The notes below the pieces were generated by a model. That model ran no database searches. It saw only the letters and a program-made list of their open reading frames with translations, and was not told where the DNA came from. Below are positions 24,529 to 34,294 of a DNA stretch of 64,000 nt, piece after piece. The translations under genes and the position numbers were made by a program. The stretch is from Rickettsiales bacterium (GTDB lineage Bacteria > Pseudomonadota > Alphaproteobacteria > Rickettsiales > UBA998). The DNA lies in NCBI GenBank assembly GCA_965248995.1, contig CBDFKY010000006.1, positions 430,610 to 494,609 of the forward strand, in the 5' to 3' direction. Within the stretch, counting starts at the first letter, position 1. The number at the start of each line of letters is the position of its first letter.

Positions 24529-25289
24529 ATTCACCCCACAGCCTGCTTATCGCCGAAGTCTCACACCGTCGGGCGCAACCGAAAGTACATGCGTTCCGCT
24601 ACCATGTGTATTATCTGTCCGTCGCGCTTTCCGCGTTGAAGCAACTCGGGTGCGGTATCCTGTCCTTCGAGCGGTTCAATTTGATGAGCTACCGCGAGGC
24701 CGACCACGGGAATCCGAAGATCGCCAATGAAACGTGGATACGGCAGGTGCTGAAAGAATGGAGCCTGTCGGAAGTGACGACCGGCGAGATCATGCTGGTG
24801 ACCATGCCGCGCATCCTCGGATATGCGTTCAATCCCGTCAGTTTCTGGTTCTGCCTGGACGGGGAAGGGGGAATCCGCGCCGTCCTGTCCGAGGTCAACA
24901 ATACGTTCGGGGAGAAGCATTGTTACCTGAGCTATCATGACGACAGGCACCCGATCGGGCCGGATGACTGGATGGTGTCCGAGAAAGTGTTTCATGTCTC
25001 TCCTTACCTGACGGTGGAAGGCACGTACCGCTACCGTTTCATTTTCAGTGAAAAGCGCGTTGCGGTATGGATCAATCATGACACGTCCGCTGGGGAAATG
25101 ATCGCCACCTCGCTTATCGCCCGGCGTATTCCGCTTAACTCCCGCAACCTGCTGCGGTGTTTTTTCCGCTATCCGCTCGTCACGTTCAAGGTTATCGCGC
25201 TTATTTACTGGCATGCAATCCGGCTGCTGGCGAAAGGGCTTCGTTATCATCGCAAACCGCGCCTCGGCGCAAAGGAGATTACCCGTTGA
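24510..25289 (+). CDS. DUF1365 family protein
   Basis: 259 aa. The N-terminal pattern VSHRRAQPKVHAFRYHVYYLSV is typical of DUF1365. It overlaps both neighbours. Confidence 0.75.
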   Translation: MRGAVVNSPHSLLIAEVSHRRAQPKVHAFRYHVYYLSVALSALKQLGCGILSFERFNLMSYREADHGNPKIANETWIRQVLKEWSLSEVTTGEIMLVTMPRILGYAFNPVSFWFCLDGEGGIRAVLSEVNNTFGEKHCYLSYHDDRHPIGPDDWMVSEKVFHVSPYLTVEGTYRYRFIFSEKRVAVWINHDTSAGEMIATSLIARRIPLNSRNLLRCFFRYPLVTFKVIALIYWHAIRLLAKGLRYHRKPRLGAKEITR

Positions 25290-26476
25290 AACAATTCATC
25301 CGCTATACGGTGGTACGCGAATTCATCCGCGGCCTTAAATGCCTGCAGTACGGGACGTTCATCCTGGTGACGCCGGGCGGGGTCGTGCGCCATTTCAGGG
25401 GAAGCATGTCGAGTGCACCGGAAGCCCGGCTGGAACTGCGTAGCTGGGATGTGATCGTCAATGCCGCGAAGCGCGGCGATATCGGGCTCGGTGAGGATTA
25501 CATCGAAGGGTTGTGGGAGAGCCCGGATATCAGCGCGCTGATCGAGCTGTTCTGTCGCAACATGGAGGCGTTCGAGCCGTTCGCCCACGGTAACCTGATG
25601 CACCGCCTCGCGTTTCGCGCCATCAATCTGTGGCGGTCGGGCGGCAGGTCGCAGAGCAGGCGCAATATCCGGGCGCATTACGACGTGGGCAATGAGTTCT
25701 ACCAGCTCTGGCTGGATGAAAGCATGACCTATTCCTCCGCGCTCTATCATGGGAAAACGGACGATCTGAAAGGGGCGCAGGCAGCGAAGTACCAGCGGAT
25801 TCTCGATATCATCGCGCCCGACGGCAATGCTAAGAACGTGCTGGAAATCGGTTCCGGCTGGGGCGGATTCGCGGAGGCGGCGGCAAATGCCCATCATGAA
25901 GTGACGGCACTGACCATTTCGCCCGCCCAGTATGCGTATGCACAGAAGCGTCTTTCCGCGAAAGGACTGCTCAGCCGCGTGAAGTTGAAACTGGAGGACT
26001 ACCGCGATATCCGCGGAACGTTCGATGCGGTCGCGTCGATCGAGATGTTCGAGGCGGTCGGTGAAAAACACTGGCCGACCTATTTCCGCACAGTGAAAAA
26101 CCGTCTGAAGCAGGGTGGCAAGGCCGTCATCCAGACGATCACCATCCAGGACACGCTGTTCGACGATTATCGCACCCGCAGCGATTTCATCCGTCAATAT
26201 ACGTTTCCGGGCGGAATGCTGCCTTCCGTCAAGCGCTTCCGGGAAGAGGCGGGACGTGCTGGGCTCAAATGCCGTGAGGTCTATGCGTTCGGGCTGGACT
26301 ACGCCCATACTCTTGAGGAATGGCTGAAGCGATTCGACGCGAGCCGCGAGGCGATCCTGCATATGGGATATAGCGAGTCGTTCATCCGCAGCTGGCGGTT
26401 TTACCTGAGCATGTGTATCGGGGCGTTCAGTGCGGGGCGTACCAACGTCGTACAGGTCGAGCTGGAACATGCGTAA
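25286..26476 (+). CDS. Cyclopropane-fatty-acyl-phospholipid synthase-like SAM-dependent methyltransferase
   Basis: The CMAS family sequence includes HYDVGNEFYQLWLDESMTYSSALY and the SAM motif VLEIGSGWGGFA. A TTG start overlaps the DUF1365 stop (TTGA). Confidence 0.85.
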   Translation: MKQFIRYTVVREFIRGLKCLQYGTFILVTPGGVVRHFRGSMSSAPEARLELRSWDVIVNAAKRGDIGLGEDYIEGLWESPDISALIELFCRNMEAFEPFAHGNLMHRLAFRAINLWRSGGRSQSRRNIRAHYDVGNEFYQLWLDESMTYSSALYHGKTDDLKGAQAAKYQRILDIIAPDGNAKNVLEIGSGWGGFAEAAANAHHEVTALTISPAQYAYAQKRLSAKGLLSRVKLKLEDYRDIRGTFDAVASIEMFEAVGEKHWPTYFRTVKNRLKQGGKAVIQTITIQDTLFDDYRTRSDFIRQYTFPGGMLPSVKRFREEAGRAGLKCREVYAFGLDYAHTLEEWLKRFDASREAILHMGYSESFIRSWRFYLSMCIGAFSAGRTNVVQVELEHA

Positions 26477-26490
26477 TTCCGATGACGTCC

Positions 26491-26623
26491 ACTCCCCCCT
26501 TGAGGGGGAGTCAAAACACGTTGTGTTTTGGTGGAGGGCCGCTTCTTTCTTTAGAAACCCCCCACCCGATCGAACCGCGCCTATGGCTTGTTCTCCCGGA
26601 TTCCCCCTCAAGGGGGGAGTAGT
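26491..26623. repeat. GC-rich nested-palindrome repeat, copy C (complete, 133 bp)
   Basis: It has the same modules as copy B, with the central loop GTT instead of AAC. It lies between the CFA-synthase-like stop (26476) and the next gene, and contains that gene's probable ATG (26583). Confidence 0.8.
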
Positions 26624-27131
26624 CATCCTTCTTTTGTTATTGTTTTCTTTTTCCGCCCGCGCGCTTCCACCCCCTTGCACCGGAAACGTGATTCATGCCG
26701 CGCATCCTTACGGGAAAGCCTCCTTGTACAAACTGCTGTTCCATGTCTATGACGCCGAATTCTGGACCGATGACCCGCAAGGCTGGAACATGAAAAGTCC
26801 GCACGCGCTTTATCTTATCTATCGCGTAAGTATCGACAAGGCGGATCTGGTGGAACGCACGCTGGAAGAACTGCATCGCGACAAGGCGGTGACGGAAGCC
26901 ATGATCGCTGAATATCGCAAACACCTGCCTGTCCTTTTTACCGATGTAAAAGATGGCGAGAGCATTACCGCGCTGTATCAACCGGACAACGGCATTACTT
27001 TCTGCCATGACGGCATCGTCACCGGTGTTTTGAAAGACCCTGCCCTGGCGAAACCGTTCATGGGTATCTGGCTGGGCCGGAACAGTTCCGAGCCTGGCCT
27101 GCGCAACGCGTTGCTGGGAAAGGGGGAATGA
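26583..27131 (+). CDS. Chalcone-isomerase-like family protein, secreted
   Basis: MACSPGFPLKGGVVILLLLLFSFSARA looks like a signal peptide, followed by a CHI-like pattern (YGKASLYKLLFHVYDAEFW). The start is chosen as the only ATG preceding the hydrophobic core. Confidence 0.65.
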   Translation: MACSPGFPLKGGVVILLLLLFSFSARALPPPCTGNVIHAAHPYGKASLYKLLFHVYDAEFWTDDPQGWNMKSPHALYLIYRVSIDKADLVERTLEELHRDKAVTEAMIAEYRKHLPVLFTDVKDGESITALYQPDNGITFCHDGIVTGVLKDPALAKPFMGIWLGRNSSEPGLRNALLGKGE

Positions 27132-28399
27132 ACGGGCAGGCTTCCCTGCTGCGTTACGGGGCGCTCGGCATCCCGCTGGCGTTCGCGGGCCTGCCGATCT
27201 ACCTCCATATTCCCCACCTCTACGCCACCGCGTATCATATGGACCTGGCCGCTATCGGTTTCATCCTGCTGGTCATCAGGGCGGTGGATGCGTTTCAGGA
27301 TCCGTTGATCGGCCTGCTCTGCGACCGCTCACGGCTTTCCCGTCGCCGGATCGTCATCCTCGCCTCGCTGCCGTTGACGTGTGCGTTCATCGGCCTGTTC
27401 CATCCGCCTGCATGGGTGCAGTATCCGACATCACTCGGCTGGTGGCTCGGCGGCATGATGATGATCGTCTCCACCGCGTTTACCGTGATGATGATCCAGT
27501 ATTATGCAAGCGGCATGAATTACGGGGAGGCGATGCAGACACGCCTTTCCGCCTTTCGCGAGGGAGGCATACTGCTCGGCGTGATGCTCGCCTCGATCCT
27601 GCCGACCGTATTGATCGAACAGGTAAAATTACCGGTAACGGCCGCGTACGCCTTCTTTAGTCTGGCGCTGATGCCCCTGATGGGCGCGGGCCTTTTCGTG
27701 TCCCACGGGACCTTATCCGCTGCCGTCTCTTCTCCCGCCAGTCGCCCCCGATTGCGCGACGGGTTTGAGTTATTGAAAGTCCCGGCGGTTACCCGGACTC
27801 TGCTGCTGTTTTTCTGTAATGCTTTGCCTTCGGCCATTACCAGTACCTTGTTCCTGTTTTTCGTGTCGGATGTGCTCCATGCATCGGGGCAGAGCGGCGG
27901 ATTCCTGCTGACGTATTTCATCGCCGCAGGGGGTTCGGTGCCTTGCTGGGCGTGGCTGGCGGAGCGGTGGAATCCTGATCGCGTGCTGGCGGCCGGCATG
28001 ACACTGGCGATTATTTCCTTCATCGGGGCGTATTTCCTTGTTCCGGGGGATACGACCGCTTTCTATGTCATCTGCGGATTTTCAGGGATAGCGATGGGGG
28101 CCGACACTACCCTGCTTCCGGTATTGTTCGCTTATGCGCTACGCAGGCATTCTCACGCTTCTGCCTTCGCGTACAGTCTGTGGCACGGACTCAGCAAGCT
28201 GACGCTGGCTTTCGCGGCGGGGGTCGTGCTGCCGCTGCTCGCCTGGTGGGGATACCAACCGGCGGAACTGGCCGGACCGTCCCAGGTGCAGGCTTTGAGA
28301 ATCACGTACGCGGTGATTCCCTGTCTGCTGAAAGGAGTGTCACTGATCGTATTGTTACGGCTTTCTTCCCTATCCACGTTTACCAAGGAATCTCTCTGA
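27128..28399 (+). CDS. MFS-type transporter
   Basis: 423 aa with about 12 hydrophobic segments. The start overlaps the previous stop (ATGA). Confidence 0.75.
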   Translation: MNGQASLLRYGALGIPLAFAGLPIYLHIPHLYATAYHMDLAAIGFILLVIRAVDAFQDPLIGLLCDRSRLSRRRIVILASLPLTCAFIGLFHPPAWVQYPTSLGWWLGGMMMIVSTAFTVMMIQYYASGMNYGEAMQTRLSAFREGGILLGVMLASILPTVLIEQVKLPVTAAYAFFSLALMPLMGAGLFVSHGTLSAAVSSPASRPRLRDGFELLKVPAVTRTLLLFFCNALPSAITSTLFLFFVSDVLHASGQSGGFLLTYFIAAGGSVPCWAWLAERWNPDRVLAAGMTLAIISFIGAYFLVPGDTTAFYVICGFSGIAMGADTTLLPVLFAYALRRHSHASAFAYSLWHGLSKLTLAFAAGVVLPLLAWWGYQPAELAGPSQVQALRITYAVIPCLLKGVSLIVLLRLSSLSTFTKESL

Positions 28400-28938
28400 T
28401 GCGTCTTTTTTCCGCCCTGCTGTTTGTCCTACTGTTTCCATTACTCGGCGCCTGTTCCCGCTATACCACGGAGGATTACGCGGATGCCAGACCTGAACTC
28501 GATATCCGTCATCAGTTGAACGGTTCCTACACGGTGAGCGGAATGATTTTCGACTGGAAGGGAAAAGCGTCCCGCCATTTCACCGCTACGGTGAAAGCTT
28601 CCTGGAATGGCAACAATGGAACGCTGAACGAGCATTTCACCTATAGCGACGGCATGACGCAGGACCGTGTATGGAAGATTATTTTCAGCGACGACCATCA
28701 TTTCACGGGTACCGCCAATGACGTGATCGGCGTGGCGCAAGGTTCGCAGAACGGGAATGCACTGAACATGAATTATACGCTACGGCATAAGGATACCGAC
28801 GGCAAAATCATCGATCTTAGCGTCAATGACTGGATTTACCTGACGCAGGGCGGGGTGATGCTCAACCGTACCAAACTTTACAAATGGGGTTTCCCGGTGG
28901 GAGAAGTGTTCCTTTCCTTCGCTAAAGATCCGGAATGA
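28399..28938 (+). CDS. DUF3833-family lipoprotein (lipocalin-like)
   Basis: MRLFSALLFVLLFPLLGACS carries a lipobox. The pattern GSYTVSGMIFDWKGKASRHFTATV...DRVWKI is typical of DUF3833. The ATG overlaps the MFS stop. Confidence 0.7.
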   Translation: MRLFSALLFVLLFPLLGACSRYTTEDYADARPELDIRHQLNGSYTVSGMIFDWKGKASRHFTATVKASWNGNNGTLNEHFTYSDGMTQDRVWKIIFSDDHHFTGTANDVIGVAQGSQNGNALNMNYTLRHKDTDGKIIDLSVNDWIYLTQGGVMLNRTKLYKWGFPVGEVFLSFAKDPE

Positions 28939-29681
28939 GCCCGGTTTCCCTGCAAGGAAAGCGTATCTGGCTGATCGGTGCGAGCTACGGGATCGGCGAG
29001 GCGCTGGCGAAACGACTCGCAGGTGCGGGTGCGGTCCTGACGTTAAGCGCACGCAGCGCGGAGAAGATCGGAAATCTGGCGAACCGGCTCGGCAACGGTG
29101 CGCAGGCAGTGCCGTGCGACGCGACGGATATGGAATCCGTCCTGACCGCTTACGCAGAGTGCGGCACACCCGATATGGTTATCTATAACGCCGGCGCTTA
29201 CGAGCCGATGAGCTCGGCGGATTTCGATCTTGCGACCGTGGAGCAGATGATTGCTGTAAACCTGATGGGAGCGATACGGGTGATCCATACGGTGCTGCCG
29301 GCCATGCGGGCGGCAAAAGCAGGGCGGATCGTGCTGGTCGGGAGCGTCGCGGGTTATCGCGGACTTCCCAAAGCGATGGGATACGGCCTCAGTAAGGCGG
29401 CGGTGATCCATCTGGCTGAAAATCTGCGACAGGATCTGGATGGTTCGGGCATCGCGGTGCAGCTCGTCAATCCCGGTTTCGTCAAAACGCGCCTGACGGA
29501 GAAAAACCGGTTCCCTATGCCTTTTATCGTGACGCCTGAACAGGCGGCTGAGGCTATGGTCAAAGGGCTTGCAGCGGGAAAATATGAAATCCATTTTCCA
29601 CGGCGCCTGACTTTTCCGATGAAACTGATCGCTTCTCTTCCCGCGTCGCTTTATTTCTGGCTTTCCAAAAAGCTTTTATAG
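28935..29681 (+). CDS. Short-chain dehydrogenase/reductase (SDR)
   Basis: TGxxxGIG-like IGASYGIGEAL, NAG, and the catalytic YGLSKAA. Confidence 0.85.
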   Translation: MSPVSLQGKRIWLIGASYGIGEALAKRLAGAGAVLTLSARSAEKIGNLANRLGNGAQAVPCDATDMESVLTAYAECGTPDMVIYNAGAYEPMSSADFDLATVEQMIAVNLMGAIRVIHTVLPAMRAAKAGRIVLVGSVAGYRGLPKAMGYGLSKAAVIHLAENLRQDLDGSGIAVQLVNPGFVKTRLTEKNRFPMPFIVTPEQAAEAMVKGLAAGKYEIHFPRRLTFPMKLIASLPASLYFWLSKKLL

Positions 29682-29685
29682 CGTT

Positions 29686-31755
29686 TCAGTGTTTCTGCAC
29701 CACCAGCTCCGGCGCAAGGCGGGCGGCCTGGGTATGCTGGGTTACCGTGGTAAAAGGAATCATATCGTCATTTCCACCTTTGGGGAGAGAATGGGACTGA
29801 GCCGGAAAAAAAGAAGGGATGACGGTGGCGGAATGATTTTCCGTCTTTTGCTCCAAAGGCTTTTCCACCGGATGCGCCGCATCGGCGGAATGGAAATCCC
29901 TCTCCAGTTTTTCCGCCGTCAGCCGGTTATACGTCGCTTTCACGTCCGGATGTTCCATCAGATAATTATGAATCTCGGCCCGGTCGATCGCCCGCGCCTT
30001 CTGGCTGATTTCCACCAGAGCCGGTGTGGTGCTGCTGTTCAGGGTGGCCTGCAGATCCACCGCATAGGTCTGCAGCACTTCCTCCAGCGGTACTTTCTTG
30101 TCTTCCAGCAGCACCCGAACGTCCTTGACCGCCTGGATACTGTAACGGTTGGCGATTTCGACGTAAGCCAGCGTCTTTTCCGGCTGCGCCAGGTCGATCA
30201 GGTCATGCCCTAGCAGATACAAATATTTCGGCATGGTAAAATACCGTTTTTCCCCGAGAATTTCCTGCGTCAGCTGTTCTACCTGATCGTGATTCGTCGT
30301 GAAACCATGCTTATATTTATAGGTGGTGTTCATCAATTCCGCCATACGGGCGAAAATCGTATTGGAGAGCCGCCAGTTGGCGCTGTCGTGCATATCGTGG
30401 CTCGTGGCGTCCTTGAACAGCGTATCCGGGTTGTTGGTCAGGTTATATTTCTGGTACAAATCGAGCAGGTCGGAAGCCCGCATGGGGTCGCCAAGTCCAT
30501 GCTGCGGATTGAGTTTGCGGTCGATCATATCCGTCAGGTCGGTCAGGATAGACGTGGTTTTACGCTGCGTCTCGCCGACCAGCAGCAATCCTTTCGCGCC
30601 TAGCGCCAGTTCTCCGAGCGGCAGGTATTGCAGTCCACCAAGACCAGGAACGCGCCCGAGATGCCGTCCGAAAAACAATGCATCGGTGCCGAGCCGCCAT
30701 AAGTTTTTTTCAAAAAACTCATTACAGGTTTCCCGGACAATCTTATTATCCGAAAGGAATATGTCCTGAAGCGTGATGTTGTCAGGATTGGCATATTTTT
30801 CATACGCCACCGTTTCGGCGAAGGTCTTGTAGATATCTTTCAGTACGCGGTTGCCATACGATATCGTTACCGCAAGACTTCCGAGGCCGAGAGCGGTATC
30901 AAAGGAAAATCCCCACAGGTTGGAGCGCATTTTTTCCTTCATCAATTTCAGATTGGTTTCAAAATTACTGCCCGTCTTATTTACCTGATCGCCCAGCCAG
31001 AGATGCCTCGTCAATTGCAAGGGCTGCACCGCCTGCTCCTCCGCAATCCTGGTTGCGTCGGATTTATATTCTTGCAAATGCGTAAATTGTTTGCAGAAAT
31101 CCAAGAGGTTTGTTTCCGCATTATTGATCTGTCCAATGGATCTTAACAGATCAACTACCTGGTTATACTCTTTGGGATTATGGTTCTTTAGGAACTCATT
31201 GCTCAGTTCCCCAACGTTTCGCCTGCCGTCATCCGTCGCGCTTCGGATAAAGCCCGTCAGTATGTCCGCATCTTTCGTACTGAAATGGTCGACCGTATTG
31301 GCGATGTGGTGGGGAAGATTCCACCATGTGGCGGTATCCGCTTTCGGAGAATCGAATTCAAACAGCGTATCTATACCGGCGCGGGCGAAGTAGCGCGCGG
31401 TGAGCGCAGGCATCAACAGGCGGAAATATCCCGGGGTACTGGGAATATTACTGGTAATTCCCACATGCAGGGGATTTTCCATCTCATCGGCGCGGTTGGA
31501 AGCGATCCGGATCGTTTGTCCGTCCTCAAGCGTGATGTCACGGAAGGGTTGCTGGTGAATTTCGTTTGCCGGCCCGGTGATTGTGGGAACACCGCCGTTT
31601 TTTTCGTTCTGATCTGGAATGTCGGAAGCGACAGGGCGAACGGCAGGCGCGCCTGCCTGCGAAGGCCCTGTTTTCGAAGGGGTTTCAATAGTAAGCTGTG
31701 CGGGTATGTCGGCCATGCAACGGTTTAAAAGAGTGGTTCCTGCGAATGTAGGCAC
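29686..31755 (-). CDS. Large hypothetical protein (689 aa), no recognisable family
   Basis: It is a long uninterrupted ORF with lower GC than its neighbours, convergent with the SDR gene at a 4-nt gap. Confidence 0.6.
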   Translation of the reverse strand: MPTFAGTTLLNRCMADIPAQLTIETPSKTGPSQAGAPAVRPVASDIPDQNEKNGGVPTITGPANEIHQQPFRDITLEDGQTIRIASNRADEMENPLHVGITSNIPSTPGYFRLLMPALTARYFARAGIDTLFEFDSPKADTATWWNLPHHIANTVDHFSTKDADILTGFIRSATDDGRRNVGELSNEFLKNHNPKEYNQVVDLLRSIGQINNAETNLLDFCKQFTHLQEYKSDATRIAEEQAVQPLQLTRHLWLGDQVNKTGSNFETNLKLMKEKMRSNLWGFSFDTALGLGSLAVTISYGNRVLKDIYKTFAETVAYEKYANPDNITLQDIFLSDNKIVRETCNEFFEKNLWRLGTDALFFGRHLGRVPGLGGLQYLPLGELALGAKGLLLVGETQRKTTSILTDLTDMIDRKLNPQHGLGDPMRASDLLDLYQKYNLTNNPDTLFKDATSHDMHDSANWRLSNTIFARMAELMNTTYKYKHGFTTNHDQVEQLTQEILGEKRYFTMPKYLYLLGHDLIDLAQPEKTLAYVEIANRYSIQAVKDVRVLLEDKKVPLEEVLQTYAVDLQATLNSSTTPALVEISQKARAIDRAEIHNYLMEHPDVKATYNRLTAEKLERDFHSADAAHPVEKPLEQKTENHSATVIPSFFPAQSHSLPKGGNDDMIPFTTVTQHTQAARLAPELVVQKH

Positions 31756-31872
31756 AGTCTATCACAAACTCCTCCTTTACCCAAAACGTATGTGGACGAA
31801 TCCATATGAAGATTGCATGAACGTCGCATAGGGGATCCGGCAGTCATGAATTTCATGCATGGCTACGGAAAA

Positions 31873-32172
31873 TCAGCGCACGATCACGATTTCACGTTCC
31901 GCCGCCATCGGCAGTTCGCGCCGTGCCAGTTCGCCGAGCAGGTCCGCGTCGATCGCATCGCCTTTTATCAGGGAAATGTTGTGTTCCATCCGTATACGCT
32001 CCTCCTGCACACGGGCGATTTCGTCGTGCAGCATGCGTTGTTTATGTTGATGGATCGCCCGCCCGATCAATCCCTGGTCACCGTGCATCAGGTGAAAGGC
32101 GAGGTAAAACAGCAACACTCCGATCAATGCGGAACGGCACAGGCTGCGGGTGAAATACGTCATTTTCGTCAT
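31873..32172 (-). CDS. ftsB: Septum formation initiator FtsB/DivIC-family protein
   Basis: Starts at M46 of the ORF (MTKMTYF...). It has an N-terminal TM (ALIGVLLFYLAFHLM) plus a coiled coil (RMLHDEIARVQEERIRMEHNISLI). Confidence 0.7.
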   Translation of the reverse strand: MTKMTYFTRSLCRSALIGVLLFYLAFHLMHGDQGLIGRAIHQHKQRMLHDEIARVQEERIRMEHNISLIKGDAIDADLLGELARRELPMAAEREIVIVR

Positions 32173-32269
32173 GGTGAAATCCTGACAAAAAAACGGGTTT
32201 CCCGCAACTTTATTCCATAAGGTAAACAGCGCAACTCCTGACTTTGGCGCTGCTGCGTGGCAAACGATC

Positions 32270-32884
32270 CTATTTACGGTATCCTTTGCGGGTAAAGCGG
32301 GGGTCATAAAGCTCGAACAGGCTGTCTTTCATGGCCACATTCAGTTCCGCATTGCCGAGGGCGATACGGGTTTCCTCGCCTTTGGCGTCCTTCATCACGA
32401 TCGCCCGCAGCTTCATCGGATGCATCTCGCATTCGAAGGTGATCTCCCCTTCGTCTTCCTTATGCGTCTGCGTCACTTTCACGGTAGCCACGCCATCTTT
32501 CGCGAATCCCTGCAGGATTTTTAGGGAAGCGTCGTGAAAATGAATCATGTCCTGCGCCAGAACGCCCGCCAGGCTGCCTTCCAGCGGAATATCGCTCACC
32601 TGTTCCAGCTCTGAATCGTAGTAGCGCAGGAATGTGCCCACTGTCACCATCAAGATCGGGACGGGCGGATGGTATTGCCAACGCATCTTCCCGGGCCGCT
32701 TGAGCCAGAGGGTGCCCTCGGAACTGGTGCCGTCCGGCGCGGTCTGGATGAATTCCGATTTCAGGCTGCGGATGGTGTTGAGGTAGGTCTCGACCAACGC
32801 GACGGTGGCGTCGTCTATCGCGGCCGCGTGGGCCGTCGACATCGCCAGCAGTGTAATGAAACAAAAGAAACGTAAAATTCTCAT
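32270..32884 (-). CDS. lolA: Outer-membrane lipoprotein carrier protein LolA-like
   Basis: Signal peptide [20 protein letters not shown] and the LolA pattern LKSEFIQT...[15 protein letters not shown]. Confidence 0.75.
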   Translation of the reverse strand: MRILRFFCFITLLAMSTAHAAAIDDATVALVETYLNTIRSLKSEFIQTAPDGTSSEGTLWLKRPGKMRWQYHPPVPILMVTVGTFLRYYDSELEQVSDIPLEGSLAGVLAQDMIHFHDASLKILQGFAKDGVATVKVTQTHKEDEGEITFECEMHPMKLRAIVMKDAKGEETRIALGNAELNVAMKDSLFELYDPRFTRKGYRK

Positions 32885-33489
32885 ACTACCATCCTTGCCT
32901 GTAGCGCGGCGCCGAGCGTTCCGTCATCCAGATAATCCAGTTCACCGCCGAGCGGGATGCCCTGCGCCAGACGGGTAATGCGGACCTGCAGCCCTTCCAG
33001 CGCGTCGGTAATGTAATGTGCAGTGGTCTGGCCGTCCGCCGTGGCGTTGGTCGCCAGGATCACTTCCCTGGTGCCGCTTTCCGTTACCCTGTGCACCAGC
33101 AGGGGGATGCCGAGCTGTTCCGGTCCCGTTCCGTCCATGGCGGAAAGTACCCCGCCCAGCACATGATACATGCCCTGGTACATGCCGCCCCGTTCCATCG
33201 CCCACAAGTCGGCCACGTCTTCCACCACGCAGATGGTCGCAGCGTCGCGTCCCGGATCACGACACAAGGTGCAGGGGGAGATCACGTCCAGCGTCCGGCA
33301 GGTTTCGCACGTGCGGACTTCTTCCATCACATGCTGCAACTGCAGGAGCAGCGGTTCGAGTACCGCCGACTTACGCCGCAGCAGATGCAGCACGATACGG
33401 CGCGCCGAGCGGTTACCGAGGCCCGGCAGCCGTGCGACGGAAGTGATCAGTTGGGCGATTACGCCCGGATAGGAAGGGGGATACGTCAT
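32881..33489 (-). CDS. recR: Recombination protein RecR
   Basis: HhH motif [13 protein letters not shown]4 zinc finger [16 protein letters not shown], and a Toprim domain. The start is taken at M21 of the ORF. Confidence 0.9.
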   Translation of the reverse strand: MTYPPSYPGVIAQLITSVARLPGLGNRSARRIVLHLLRRKSAVLEPLLLQLQHVMEEVRTCETCRTLDVISPCTLCRDPGRDAATICVVEDVADLWAMERGGMYQGMYHVLGGVLSAMDGTGPEQLGIPLLVHRVTESGTREVILATNATADGQTTAHYITDALEGLQVRITRLAQGIPLGGELDYLDDGTLGAALQARMVV

Positions 33490-33545
33490 TGGTTTCCACC
33501 TGCATACATCACTTTTACGAAAAACGGAACAGGTTTGCGTGCATG

Positions 33546-33956
33546 TCATGCATCGTGGATGATCGCGGTATAGGACATATGGCCCCGCCTGCGGCGCTCT
33601 TCCACGTGGGCCGTTTCACTTTTGCGCAAAGTCAGGTTCACCATCTCGCCCACCGTCAGATTTAACGAATGCCACAGCAGCAACGATTCCACCCGCTGCA
33701 TCACGTCGAAAAGCTCGGCGTTTCCATCGTAGTCCGACCATACTTCCAGTGCAAACACATGTTCCGAGATGCCTGCATTATATCCTGCGGAGCGGTTATG
33801 CCATGCATTCATCTGAACGACGATATACGGAAACGTCGCCTCAGGCGGGACGTAATCAAACACACCGCTTACCGCGGCGCCGAGTACGGTATCGGTGCCG
33901 AGCCTTTCAATGACGGCGCGTTGCAGGGATTCCGTGAGCAGGGATAGAGCCGTCAT
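33546..33956 (-). CDS. DUF3168-family phage/GTA tail terminator-like protein (RcGTA g8-like)
   Basis: 136 aa from MTALSLL. The pattern [15 protein letters not shown]...VWSDYDG is typical of DUF3168. It shares an ATGA overlap with the upstream gene. Confidence 0.7.
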   Translation of the reverse strand: MTALSLLTESLQRAVIERLGTDTVLGAAVSGVFDYVPPEATFPYIVVQMNAWHNRSAGYNAGISEHVFALEVWSDYDGNAELFDVMQRVESLLLWHSLNLTVGEMVNLTLRKSETAHVEERRRRGHMSYTAIIHDA

Positions 33957-34294
33957 AAGGATGATTCTCCAGCCGTTGAAATGCGGCATTCCGTAAAACG
34001 CGGGTCAAAGACGGAAGTTGCCACCCATTCGATCCGGTAGATGCTGCTGTTCAGTATACAGCGCATACTCGCATTCACCCCGTCATCCCGACGGATCGTC
34101 ACCCGTTTCGTCACGCGTGATCGGAGCGTATCCGATTCGGAGGTTGAAGCTCCGTTGAACAGTTGTACGTACGCCCAGCGGGTCGCGTAAGCTTCCCATG
34201 CCGACTGAAAGCCGCCTATTCCGTCCGCGCTGCGTGCTTCCTGTTGAAAAAGGACCCGCTCTTTAAGCATCCCCGCATGAATTAAAGCGTTCAT
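33953..34294 (-). CDS. Phage head closure / head-tail adaptor protein (RcGTA g7-like)
   Basis: 113 aa. LKERVLFQQEARSADGIGGFQSAWEAYATRWAYVQ...VTIRRDDGVNASMRCILNSSIYRIEWV matches the SPP1 gp16/HK97 gp10-type pattern. Confidence 0.7.
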   Translation of the reverse strand: MNALIHAGMLKERVLFQQEARSADGIGGFQSAWEAYATRWAYVQLFNGASTSESDTLRSRVTKRVTIRRDDGVNASMRCILNSSIYRIEWVATSVFDPRFTECRISTAGESSL

